Shown in pieces: positions 12,645 to 24,000 of a stretch of DNA of 64,000 bases. Position 1 is the first letter of the stretch, and each line of letters opens with the position of its first letter. Both the position numbers and the translations under genes were made by a program. The stretch is from Macrostomum hystrix (taxonomy: Eukaryota; Animalia; Platyhelminthes): assembly GCA_950097015.1 (NCBI GenBank), contig CATNEN010000033.1, positions 4,278,001 to 4,342,000 of the forward strand, given 5' to 3'. The notes under the pieces were generated by a model. It had not been told where the DNA came from and searched no databases. It was given only the letters and a program-made list of their open reading frames with translations.

Positions 12645-14080
12645 ATGGAAGCTGTTGCACTGCACGACTTCAATCCGGGCCATGGCGACGAGCTGCCGTT
12701 CTCGCGCAACCAGGTGCTGAAGATTCTAAGCATGGACGAAGATCCCGGCTGGTACCTGGCGGAGGTCGACGGTTTGATAGGCCTGATTCCCAATAACTAC
12801 GTCCGCATGCTCGATCACTCCTGGTACGTGCCAAAGTGCAGCCGCACCAGGGCCGAGGAGATCCTGCTCAGGCGGGACGCCAGGGGCGGCTACGTGCAGC
12901 CGGACGGAGCCTTCCTGGTGCGCACCAGCGAGTCGACGGCGCCGGATTTCAGTCTAAGCGTAAAATGCGGCGGTCAGGTGCAGCACTTTAAAGTGAGCCT
13001 GTGCGGCGCGATAAGCAGCTTTGATTGGCTTGAAGTTGGTATTGGAGGCCTCTGATTGGCTGTAGATAGGATAAGAACCTCAGATTACTTTCAACTTTCA
13101 ATAAGTGCCTCCGATTGGTTTAAACTGGGATTGGGGCCTCCGGATGGTTTAAACTGGGATTGGGGCCTCTGATTGGTTTAAACTGGGATTGGAGGCCTCT
13201 GATTGGTTTAAACTGGGATTGGGGGCCTCTGATTGGTTTAAACTGGGATTGGAGGCCTCTGATTGGTTTAAACTGGGATTGGAGGCCTCTGATTGGTTTA
13301 AACTGGGATTGGAGGCCTCTGATTGGTTTAAACTGGGATTGGGGGCCTCTCATTGGTTTAAACTGGGATTGGGGCCTCTGATTGGTTTAAACTGGGATTG
13401 GAGGCCTCTGATTGGTTTAAACTGGGATTGGGGGCCTCTGATTGGTTTAAACTGGGATTGGGGGGCTCTCATTGGCTGTAACCGCAAAACGCATCTGATT
13501 GATTTATACGAATATCGGAAACTTCGAGTATAATAGGATAAAACCAATATCTTAAAGTTGGCGATTGGCTGAACTCATAATTAAAGTTATCTTATTTGTG
13601 GAAACAGGTACTGGAAGTCTCTGATTGGTTTGAACTTAAGTTGATGGTCTCCGATGAGGCGTCATTCTATATTCTATGATGCAACCTGTCTCCGTGCAGG
13701 TGCTGAAAGACGAGAACAACAAGTACTACCTGTGGTACAGCAAATTCAACAGCATCAACCAGATCATCGAGCACCACCGCACCCATTCTGTGAGCCAGAC
13801 AAATAGCGGCATGCTGTTGAGGGACATGGTTCCGGACTTCCCGGTTGCTATAGGCAACGGGGCCGAGTCGTCGCATCCGGGTCAGGCGACCTCCGCTATG
13901 CCCCAGCGGGTGATCGCCCTGTTTGACTTCAACCCCCAGGACCCGGACGAGCTCAGATTTCGGCAGAACGACATCATCACCGTGCTAGGCAAGGAGGATG
14001 ACAGCTGGTGGCTGGGCCAGACCCAGGACGGCCGCCGCGGCGTGTTTCCCTTCAACTACGTGCAGCAGTACACGAACTGA
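12645..14080 (+). CDS. GRB2: GRB2/Drk/Sem-5-like SH3-SH2-SH3 adaptor; join(12645..12992,13700..14080), 242 aa
   Basis: MEAVALHDF..DELPF (SH3), WY..SRTRAEE..DGAFLVRTSES..DFSLSVK..VQHFK|VL..KYYLW..KFNS (SH2), VIALFDFNPQDPDELRF..WW..GVFPFNYV (SH3). Phase-0 intron AAA|GTGAGC...TGCAG|GTG. Which GRB2-family paralog it is cannot be resolved here. Confidence 0.9.
13112..13475. repeat. 30-bp minisatellite (GATTGGTTTAAACTGGGATTGGAGGCCTCT), about 12 copies, in the GRB2 intron
   Basis: Read directly; it produces the IGLNWDWRPL pseudo-ORFs. Confidence 0.97.
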
Positions 14081-14340
14081 CCCGCCTGCCCGCAATCCTC
14101 ATCGTCAGCTGGGTTTCTGTTTGATCCGTTTGTTTAGCTCAACTCAGACTAGCTAATCAGTTGTTCCCATTGACTGTGTCTAGCAATCTGGTATTTGTTT
14201 AATTACTTCACTATTGTGCTAGATATCAACTTATTTTAATTATTTAACTCATGCTACACAGCTCGTTATCTGTTCAATTTTGCCTTAACTTATCTTCTCT
14301 TTTTTCCCTGACAAGATAAGACAAGACAAGATGTCATTGT

Positions 14341-16110
14341 GGGGATTTGTGTCTAGGTTATACCAGTGAGGATTTGTGTCTAGGTTATACCAGTGGGGAT
14401 TTGTGTCTAGGTTATACCAGTGGGGATTTGTGTCTAGGTTATACCAGTGGGGATTTGTGTCTAGGTTATACCAGTGGGGATTTGTGTCTAGATTATCCCG
14501 ATGGAGATCAGTGTCTAGATTATCCCGGTAAAGATCAGTGTCTAGATTATCCCGGTAGAGCTCAGTGTCTAGATTATCCCGATGGAGATTAGTGTCTAGA
14601 TATCCCGATAGAGATCAGTGTCTAGATTATCCCGATAGAGATCAGTGTCTAGATTATCTCGATAGAGACCAGCGTCTAGATTATCCCGGTAGAGATCAGT
14701 GTCTAGATTATCCCGGTAGAGATCAGTGTCTAGATTATCCCGGTAGAGATCAGTGTCTAGATTATCCCGATAGAGATCAGTGTCTAGATTATCCCGGTAG
14801 AGATCAGTGTCTAGATTATCCCGATAGAGACCAGTGTCTAGATTATCCCGGTAGAGATCAGTGTCTAGATTATCCCGGTAGAGCTCAGTGTCTAGATTAT
14901 CCCGATAGAGATCAGTGTCTAGATTATCCCGATAGAGATCAGTGTCTAGATTATCCCGGTAGAGATCAGTGTCTAGATTATCCCGGTTAAGATCAGTGTC
15001 TAGATTATCCCGGTAAAGATCAGTGTCTAGATTATCCCGGTAAAGATCAGTGTCTAGATTATCCCGGTAAAGATTAGTGTCTAGATTATCCCGGTAGAGC
15101 TCAGTGTCTAGATTATCCCGATAGAGATCAGTGTCTAGATTATCCCGGTTGAGATCAGTGTCTAGATTATCCCGATAGAGATCAGTGTCTAGATTATCCC
15201 GGTTGAGATCAGTGTCTAGATTATCCCGATAGAGATCAGTGTCTAGATTATTCCGGTAGAGATCAGTTTCTAGATTATCCCGGTAGAGATCAGTGTCTAG
15301 ATTATCCCGATAGAGATCAGTGTCTAGATTATCCCGGTAGAGATCGGTGTCTAGATTATCCCGGTAAAGATAAGTGTCTAGATTATCCCGGTAGAGCTCA
15401 GTGTCTAGATTATCCCGATAGAGATCAGTGTCTAGATTATCCCGATAGAGATCAGTGTCTAGATTATCCCGATGGAGATTAGTGTCTAGATATCCCGATA
15501 GAGATCAGTGTCTAGATTATCCCGATGGAGATTAGTGTCTAGATATCCCGATAGAGATCAGTGTCTAGATTATCCCGATAGAGATCAGTGTCTAGATTAT
15601 CCCGATAGAGACCAGTGTCTAGATTATCCCGGTAGAGATCAGTGTCTAGATTATCCCGGTAGAGATCAGTGTCTAGATTGTCCCGGTAGAGATCAGTGTC
15701 TAGATATCCCGATAGAGATCAGTGTCTAGATTATCCCGATAGAGATTAGTGTCTAGATATCCCGATAGAGATCAGTGTCTAGATTATCCCGATAGAGATC
15801 AGTGTCTAGATTATCCCGATAGAGACCAGTGTCTAGATTATCCCGGTAGAGATCAGTGTCTAGATTATCCCGGTAGAGATCAGTGTCTAGATTGTCCCGG
15901 TAGAGATCAGTGTCTAGATATCCCGATAGAGATCAGTGTCTAGATTATCCCGATAGAGATCAGTGTCTAGATTATCCCGGTAAAGATCAGTGTCTAGATT
16001 ATCCCGGTAGAGCTCAGTGTCTAGATTATCCCGATAGAGATCAGTGTCTAGATTATCCCGGTAGAGATCAGTGTCTAGATTATCCCGATAGAGATCAGTG
16101 TCTATTATCC
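14341..16110. repeat. 27-bp satellite in two related sub-arrays: GTGTCTAGGTTATACCAGTGGGGATTT, then GTGTCTAGATTATCCCG(A/G)TAGAGATCA
   Basis: Read directly; about 65 units by length. Source of the DQCLDYPDR pseudo-ORFs. Confidence 0.97.
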
Positions 16111-17009
16111 CAAGTTGATTCAGGGTCTAAGTTATCCAAGTTCTGATTGTTGACTATTGTATTTTGAAGCTCCATTATTTTTCACCCAATATTCGCAAAT
16201 TGAATGTCAAAGCCATCGATCTTGTATAAAACTGGCACTGGTGCTGCATGCCGTCACATTAAGCCCCAGACGCACTACTTACTGGCCCTGTTCAGTAGTT
16301 TAGTTAGCAATGTTCTTGTCAATTATTGATTGCGCCTCGCGGAGTGTCTTGTTAAAACAAAGACTACAACAATGCAAAACCCAGCTTCCTTGCCGCTGTA
16401 CACCAGGACACATTTGTCTATTGACGCGAGACACTTTGATGATGCTGAGTTGAATAATTTATCTGTTCTTTTTTGTTGCCAGTTAGGATTTATTTCAGAT
16501 GTTTTGTCTCATTCGCCTTCCGTTGGTGTTCCGGCTGTCGCTTATCCTTCTCCCATTCATTGATCTGTCTGCCCTCTTTATTCCACCACCGCTGCCTCCT
16601 TCAGTCTTTCACTCGGTCAAAAAATTAAATAGGCTGCCCCTTAGTTGCACTACCCAGCTTCTCTCTCTTCCTCTGTCATTCTCCCCTGCTTCATTAACAT
16701 TGCCAAGAAATTAACTTTGTACTTCAAACACACTTGGCCCTCTCTCTCTGATGACGATCTATTGTTAAAGTCCATCTGATTGTTCCGTTTTTTTCAAATC
16801 TATTTTTTCACTCAACCAGCATAATACTCGTACCTGCGACCTTACTGGTGTGGACCGATGCGATGTTTATGTTGTCTGCTCAGTTGAGTAAAATATAATT
16901 GCATTGGCTTATTATTAAGGCAAAGTTGACCTATTGCCTACCATCCAGTGAGTGTACATAAACCCTTGGACAACTGATTCCTGACTTCATTCAGCTAATC
17001 ATTCAGTGT

Positions 17010-18640
17010 GAAGCTTCTTGTTATATCTAGTGTCAGGTTTCTTGTCTTATCTAGTGTCAGGTTTCTTGTCATATCTAGTGTCAATTTTTTGTCAGATCTA
17101 GTGTCAGGTTTCTTGTCAGATCCAGTGTCAGGTTTTTTGTCATATCTAGTGTTAGGTTTCTTGTCTTATCTAGTGTCAGGTTTCTTGTTTCTCGTAGATC
17201 TAGTATCCGGTTTCTTGCCAGATCCAGTGTCAGGTTTTTTGTCATATCTAGTGTTAGGTTTCTTGTCTTATCTAGTGTCAGGTTTCTTGTTTCTCGTAGA
17301 TCTAGTATCCGGTTTCTTGCCAGATCCAGTGTCAGGTTTTTTGTCATATCTAGTGTTAGGTTTCTTGTCTTATCTAGTGTCCGGTTTCCTGTCAGATCTC
17401 GTGTCTATTTTTTTGTCAGATCTAGTGTCAGGTTTCTTGTCAGATCTAGTGTTAGGTTTCTTGTCAGATCTAGTGTCAGGTTTCTTGTCAGATCTAGTGT
17501 CAGGTTTCTTGTCAGATCTCGTGTCAGGTTTCTTTTCAGATCTAGTGTCAGGTTTCTTTTCAGATCTAGTGTCAGGTTTCTTGTCAGATCTAGTGTCAGG
17601 TTTCTTGTCAGATCCAGTGTCAGGTTTCTTTTCAGATCTAGTGTCAGGTTTCTTGTCAGATCCAGTGTCAGTTTTTTTGTCATATCTAGTGTCAGGTTTC
17701 TTGTCTTATCTAGTGTCAGGTTTCTTGTTTCTCGTAGATCTAGTATCCGGTTTCTTGCCAGATCTCGTGTCAATTTTTTGTCAGATCTAGTGTCAAGTTT
17801 CTTGTCAGATCTAGTGTCAGGTTTCTTTTCATATCTAGTGTCAGGCTTCTTGTCAGATCTCGTGTCAATTTTCTTGTCAGATCTAGTGTCAGGTTTCTTT
17901 TCAGATCTAGTGTCAGGTTTCTTGTCAGATCTCGTGTCAATTTTCTTGTCAGATCTAGTGTCAGGTTTCTTTTCGGATCTAGTGTTAGGTTTCTTGTCAT
18001 ATCTAGTGTCAGGTTTCTTGTCTTATCTAGTGTCCGGTTTCTTGTCAGATCTCGTGTCAATTTTTTTGTTAGATCTAGTGTCAGGTTTCTTGTCAGATCC
18101 AGTGTCAGGTTTCTTGTCAGATCTAGTGTTAGGTTTCTTGTCAGATCTAGTGTCAGGTTTCTTGTCATATCTAGTGTCAGGCTTCTTGTCAGATCTCGTG
18201 TCAATTTTCTTGTCAGATCTAGTGTCAGGTTTCTTTTCAGATCTAGTGTTAGGTTTCTTGTCAGATCTAGTGTTAGGTTTCTTGTCAGATCTAGTGTCAG
18301 GTTTCTTGTGAGATCTCGTGTCAGGTTTCTTTTCGGATCTAGTGTCAGGTTTCTTGTCTTATCTAGTGTCAATTTTTTTGTCAGATCTAGTGTCAGGTTT
18401 CTTGTTTCTCGTAGATCTAGTGTCGGGTCTATTATCATCAGCCGTCTTTCAAGTGTCAGATCTAGTGTCCGGTCTATTATCATCAGCCGTCTTTCAAGTG
18501 TCAGATCTAGTGTCCGGTCTATTATCATCAGACGTCTTTCAAGTGTCAGATCTAGTGTCGGGTCTAGTATCATCAGACGTCTTTCAAGTGTCCGATCTAG
18601 TGTCGGGTCTAGTATCATCAGACGTCTTTCAAGTGTCTTG
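17010..18640. repeat. 24-bp satellite (GATCTAGTGTCAGGTTTCTTGTCA) with local 102-bp higher-order units, ending in a 45-bp derived unit
   Basis: Read directly. The CTCGTAGATCTAGTATCCGG variant recurs at 17191 and 17293 (102 bp apart). The 45-bp unit runs from ~18415 to 18640. Confidence 0.97.
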
Positions 18641-19059
18641 ACCAAGTTGAAGTCAAATGTATTACTGAATCACATACTATCCAGCTCATGCATAGATTGT
18701 GCGCATAATTCTGCATTACTCATGCTGACTTTAAGCTGCCAGGTCCGGCGTGTGAGTTAGGAGCAGTGTTGCAGTATAGCAGTTGTTTTATTCAAATGAA
18801 TTTGCCTGATAATTGTGCCCGACCAGACCGTCTCAAAGGCTAAAAAAATACATTCTCGCACTTTCTAGACCCATTTCCCGCGGCCGAATTTCAATTCAGC
18901 CTATACAAAAATGAATTGCAACTGCGCAGTTTGGTAACTTTTTATGCCATTTTTATCAGCACCGATACTCACACCTGGCAATTTGCGTGAGCCATTTAGG
19001 CCTGCGAGAATCGCAGAAGAATTTCTAGCTTTCAGATTCAACTTCGCACTTGTGAGGTG

Positions 19060-19830
19060 ACATCACAGTGGCATGCAGGGACATTACAGAGGCATGCAGG
19101 GACATCACAGTGGCATGCAGGGACATTACAGAGGCATGCAGGGACATCACAGAGGCATGCAGGGACATTACAGATGCATGCAGGGACATTACAGAGGCAT
19201 GCAGGGACATTACAGAGGCATGCAGGGACATCACAGTGGCATGCAGGGACATTACAGAGGCATGCAGGGACATTACAGTGGCATGCAGAGACATTACAGA
19301 GGCATGCAGAGACATTACAGAGGCATGCAGGGACATCACAGTGGCATCCAGGGACATAACAGTGGCATGCAGAGACATTACAGAGGCATGCAGGGACATC
19401 ACAGTGGCATGCAGGGACATTACAGAGGCATGCAGGGACATCACAGTGGCATGCAGGGACATTACAGAGGCATGCAGAGACATTACAGAGGCATGCAGGG
19501 ACATTACAGAGGCATGCAGGGACATCACAGTGGCATGCAAGGACATTACAGAGGCATTCAGGGACATCACAGTGGCATGCAGGGACATTACAGAGGCATG
19601 CAGGGACATCACAGTGGCATGCAGGGACATTACAGAGGCATGCAGGGACATTACAGAGGCATGCAGGGACATTACAGATGCACGCAGGGACATTACAGAG
19701 GCATGCAGGGACATTACAGAGGCATGCAGGGACATTACAGAGGCATGCAGGGACATTACATATGCATGCAGGGACATTACAGAGGCATGCAGGGACATTA
19801 CAGAGGCATGCAGGGACATCACAGAGGCTT
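19060..19830. repeat. 21-bp minisatellite (GCATGCAGGGACATTACAGAG)
   Basis: Read directly; about 36 units by length. Source of the EACRDIT / HASVMSL pseudo-ORFs. Confidence 0.97.
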
Positions 19831-20576
19831 CACAGTAGACTTCACAAGGGCAATTCTCGCTGTTTATGTAGGTGGAATCAGCCCAGACACAGATGAGCAT
19901 TCTGAAAACCCTTGCATTGAAATTCTAATCGCAGAATTACAGCACTAAAATCGATTTCCCTCTCACCGAGTCTTCTCGGATTTTCAAGAGAGAACTGGCG
20001 CACACTTGATGCTGTTGCTGCCCGCGATTTGCGCAGATGCAGATTGAGTTAGGCTGGACTGCTCGCTCAGTGCGGCAATGTTTTCATATAAATTCTTCGT
20101 CGGCTGTTCTCCTGTTCTCTCGGCGCGCGAACCTTCTCGGTTTCTCTTTTTTTGCCCGGCCTTCGTGGCGACGACAATTCACGACTCGGGTAGGTGAAGC
20201 CTGGCTGCTAAAAGTTCAGTTGCTATACTGAGCACGTTGGCAACAAATCGACAAAACCTGCTAGCTTTTTAGCCACCTGAGTAGGCTGACCTCGGAATGC
20301 TTCTTAATGAACTGTGCCATGTGCAATAAGCTGGCTCTCATTCAACTGAGATCAACACACTCAGGTGGTCAGCAGCAGATAAGCCTCATTTATATGATTA
20401 TTACGTAAAATCGTAAATTAACTCAGACAGTCACCCCGCATGTAGCTCATACACTCAAACAGCATCTTATCGATTCATCCAGGTGCTCGTTCATGACTTC
20501 ATTTCGACCTTAACAATTCATCTAGAACTCATTCGGCTGCTTTAGAATCCCGCTAAGTTATTGTTAATCTCATAGA

Positions 20577-22745
20577 CTCATCTGGAATCTCACCAACTCA
20601 TCTAGAATCTCACCAACTCATCTAGAATCTCAATGACTCATCTAGAATCTCAATGACTCATCTAGAATCTCATGAACTCATCTAGAATCTCAATGACTCA
20701 TCTAGAATCTCATGAACTCATCTAGAATCTCAATGACTCATCTAGAATCTCATGAACTCATCTAGAATCTCATGAACTCATCTAGAATCTCAATGACTCA
20801 TCTAGAATCTCATGAACTTATCTAGAATCTCGTGAACTCATCTAGAATCTCATGAACTTATCTAGAATCTCATGAACTCATCTATTATTATTATTATTAT
20901 TAAAACGCGCACGCCATCTATGGGTGCTGATTTTTTTTTTTATATTTTTTTTAACAACACATTTAAATGAACAGCGAAAAGCAACATAAAAAGCGAAGTT
21001 TAGTAGGAATCAAATATCGAGCTGGGAAGGGAAAGCAAAGGTATTAAAAATAAGAGCAGTAAAAACACAAGGGACGGCAGGGATAAAACAAAATATGAAA
21101 TATCTATTGTTGAATGCTAGTAAGATCTCGTAGTCTCAGGGCAGCTGTTCCCTTATTTTAGATATTTCTATGATGTATTTTGCTAAAGCTTCAGCGGTTT
21201 CCCTATCGTCTTGAGCCATTATGTAGTTAGATTTTTCTTCTGCTGTTAAGGATATGAAATTGGGGGTTTTCCCAGAAACTTCCGTCTCAAATTTCGAACG
21301 TGCTGCGCTATATTTATTCCAAGTGCACTTAAAAAGGAAGTGGACCTCGTTTTCAACTTCTGTTTTGCACTTACTACATAATCTATTAACATACGGAATT
21401 TTCGGTCTCGCAGTTCGCAATGTTTCGCAAGCTAGCTTATGGTTTCCTAGTCTAAACGAGGCTATGGTACGTCTCCACTCCGGGTTGTATATTTGTTGTA
21501 AATATTTTTCGGCTGAATAATATTGCTTGAAGGAGTAATAGAAGTGACTTAGCTTGCTTGAGTTCTGTGTCCTTTGTCTCCAATGGGTATCGAACTGAGA
21601 AACGAAATTTTTCCTGTGGTTTCCAATTGCTTTTGCAGGACTAATGCCTCTGCAGTTCAGCATAACGTCATTGTTGGTCTTTGCTTTGATTCCAACATCA
21701 CTGTATGTTTGGTCCGCCAATAACTTGGAAATTATGGAGTCCGGCCGGCTTGTTATGGAGGCCCAGTACGAAATGCTTCTTTTCTGGATGTTGTATAATA
21801 ATCTAGAACATCTAGAATCTCATGAACTCATCTAGAATCCCAATGACTCATCTAGAATCTCATGAACTCATCTAGAATCTCAATGACTCATCTAGAATCT
21901 CATGAACTCATCTAGAATCCCAATGACTCATCTAGAATCTCAATGACCTCATCTAGAATCTCACCAACTCAACTATAATCTCACTGACTTATCTAGAATC
22001 TCACAAACTCATCTAGAATCTCATGAACTCATCTAGAATCTCAATGACTCATCTAGAATCTCATGAACTCATCTAGAATCTCATGAACTCATCTAGAATC
22101 TCACTGACTTATCTAGAATCTCACAAACTCATCTAGAATCTCACAAACTAATCTAGAATCTCAATGACTCATCTAGAATCTCATGAACTCATCTAGAATC
22201 TCACTGACTTATCTAGAATCTCACAAACTCATCTAGAATCTCACTGACTTATCTAGAATCTCACAAACTCATCTAGAATCTCACAAACTCATCTAGAATC
22301 TCAATTACTCATCTAGAATCTCATGAACTCATCTAGAATCTCATGAACTCATCTAGAATCTCATGAACTCATCTAGAATCTCACTGACTTATCTAGAATC
22401 TCACAAACTCATCTAGAATCTCATGAACTCATCTAGAATCTCATGAACTCATCTAGAATCTCAATGACTCATCTAGAATCTCAATGACTCATCTAGAATC
22501 TCATGAACTCATCTAGAATTCCAATGACTCATCTAGAATCTCAATGACTCATCTAGAATCTCATGAACTCATCTAGAATCTCATGAACTCATCTAGAATC
22601 TCACTGACTTATCTAGAATCTCACAAACTCATCTGGAATCTCACTAACTCATCTAGAATCTCACTGACTTATCTAGAATCTCACAAACTCATCTAGAATC
22701 TCACAAACTCATCTACAATCTCACTAACTCATCTAGAACCTAATC
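20577..22745. repeat. 20-bp satellite (CATCTAGAATCTCATGAACT), split by a LINE insertion
   Basis: The same unit lies on both sides of 20884-21808. Confidence 0.97.
20884..21808 (-). mobile_element. 5'-truncated non-LTR retrotransposon (LINE ORF2 C-terminus with CCHC-type knuckle, 3' UTR, (AAT)n tail); RTE-X-like clade is a guess
   Basis: Uninterrupted reading frame from the junction (SRLLYNIQKRSISYW...) to the stop at 21136, including FYYSFKQYYSAEKYL..RRTIASFRLGNHKLACET..RLCSKC..VENEVHFLFKC. (AAT)6 tail at 20884-20901; CATCT duplicated at 20879-20883 and 21809-21813. Confidence 0.88.
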
Positions 22746-24000
22746 AACTCATTTAGCACCTGATTCGAGTATACTCAATCTGGGCTTGAGAATATCAACT
22801 GTTTTGTTGATAACAGCATTATCAGCACTCGACTGCTTACTTAAATTATACTCGTACAAAAATAAACGTGAGAAATCTACTCGTAGCTCAAAGCCTTTGA
22901 CATAAATCAGCTCTAAAATAAGACTATTGTTTGGCTCTTTAGATGAGAATTATATTTTTTTCTGCTGTCTTCTTTCTTATGATTTCTAATGGCTTCGAAA
23001 TAAAAAGCAAAGTGCAAAGAGCGAAGTCATACTACTCAGGTAGGTATAACATAAGGTATAAGGTGTAAGGTATAAGGTATAACAAGTTGTAGTTTTCTTC
23101 TTTCTGTGTTACGAGTAGTTTACGCACTCCATCTGTTACTTGTACATTCTAGTATCTTTAAATCGACTTGGATAGATTTGGAATTCGGAAATATGATATA
23201 TTTCAACTTTTGTCTACGTCGCAGCATGTTAAATAAGAATCGCAGGTAATTTACTCGTACTAATTCAATAATTAAGTAGAATTTCGCTGAAACTATCCGT
23301 ATTGAAAGGAACTGCAATGCACTCGTGTGCTTTTGAGTTCAAGATACCAACGCATGCACTACATGTAGCTAGCCAAATTATTTTATAGCCACTAATCCAC
23401 ATTCAATTAATCTATACGCTCTGAGATTGCAAATAGCGATTGATATCCGATTGCTAGCAATTACTCGTAGCAAAACGATTAGACAGTCGATTATACTTTT
23501 AAATTATTTTACTTAAATATCATGTAAAATTTGAACACTTTTGCCCACATGGAAAAATTGGATGCCCTGAACGGAATTCTCAAATCTTCTGAACTGTTTT
23601 TTTATTTAAATGTAAGGGATTTTTTGTACTAAATTCAATAGCACTCAATATTGCTGCTGTCCTAGGCTCCAGGCACTCGCATTGCTTTGCATAGTACTAA
23701 AAATACTCGGACTGCTGCGTGTACTTTTGCGCGTACGTGTACTGCGTATGCGCACAGCCGACACGTGGAAATGCCGCGGGTTTACCGCGGATTTGCTGCG
23801 GAAATTTTCAGATGGTGTGCACGGAAAGTCCGCGGTAATTCCATGGACTACCCGTATAAATGCCGCGGAATTTCCTTTAGATCCCTCAATTCGAATTCAA
23901 ACAAAAAAGCCTTGTGCCCATAAAAAAGGTATCCAAACGAGGTCAGAGCTGAAGAATATTGGGCTGCACTTAATATTAGGTTATTTTATTTGTTTTAAAT

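Noticed and set aside
16330-16800. Short ORFs between the satellites
   Set aside because: No recognisable domain; frames broken. Could be a decayed element but cannot be supported.
14347-19948. Repetitive ORFs (DQCLDYPDR, SDLVSGFL/TRNLTLDL, EACRDIT/HASVMSL/MQGHYRG)
   Set aside because: Translations of 27-, 24- and 21-bp satellites; open in several frames and on both strands, with no unique flanking coding sequence or splice structure.
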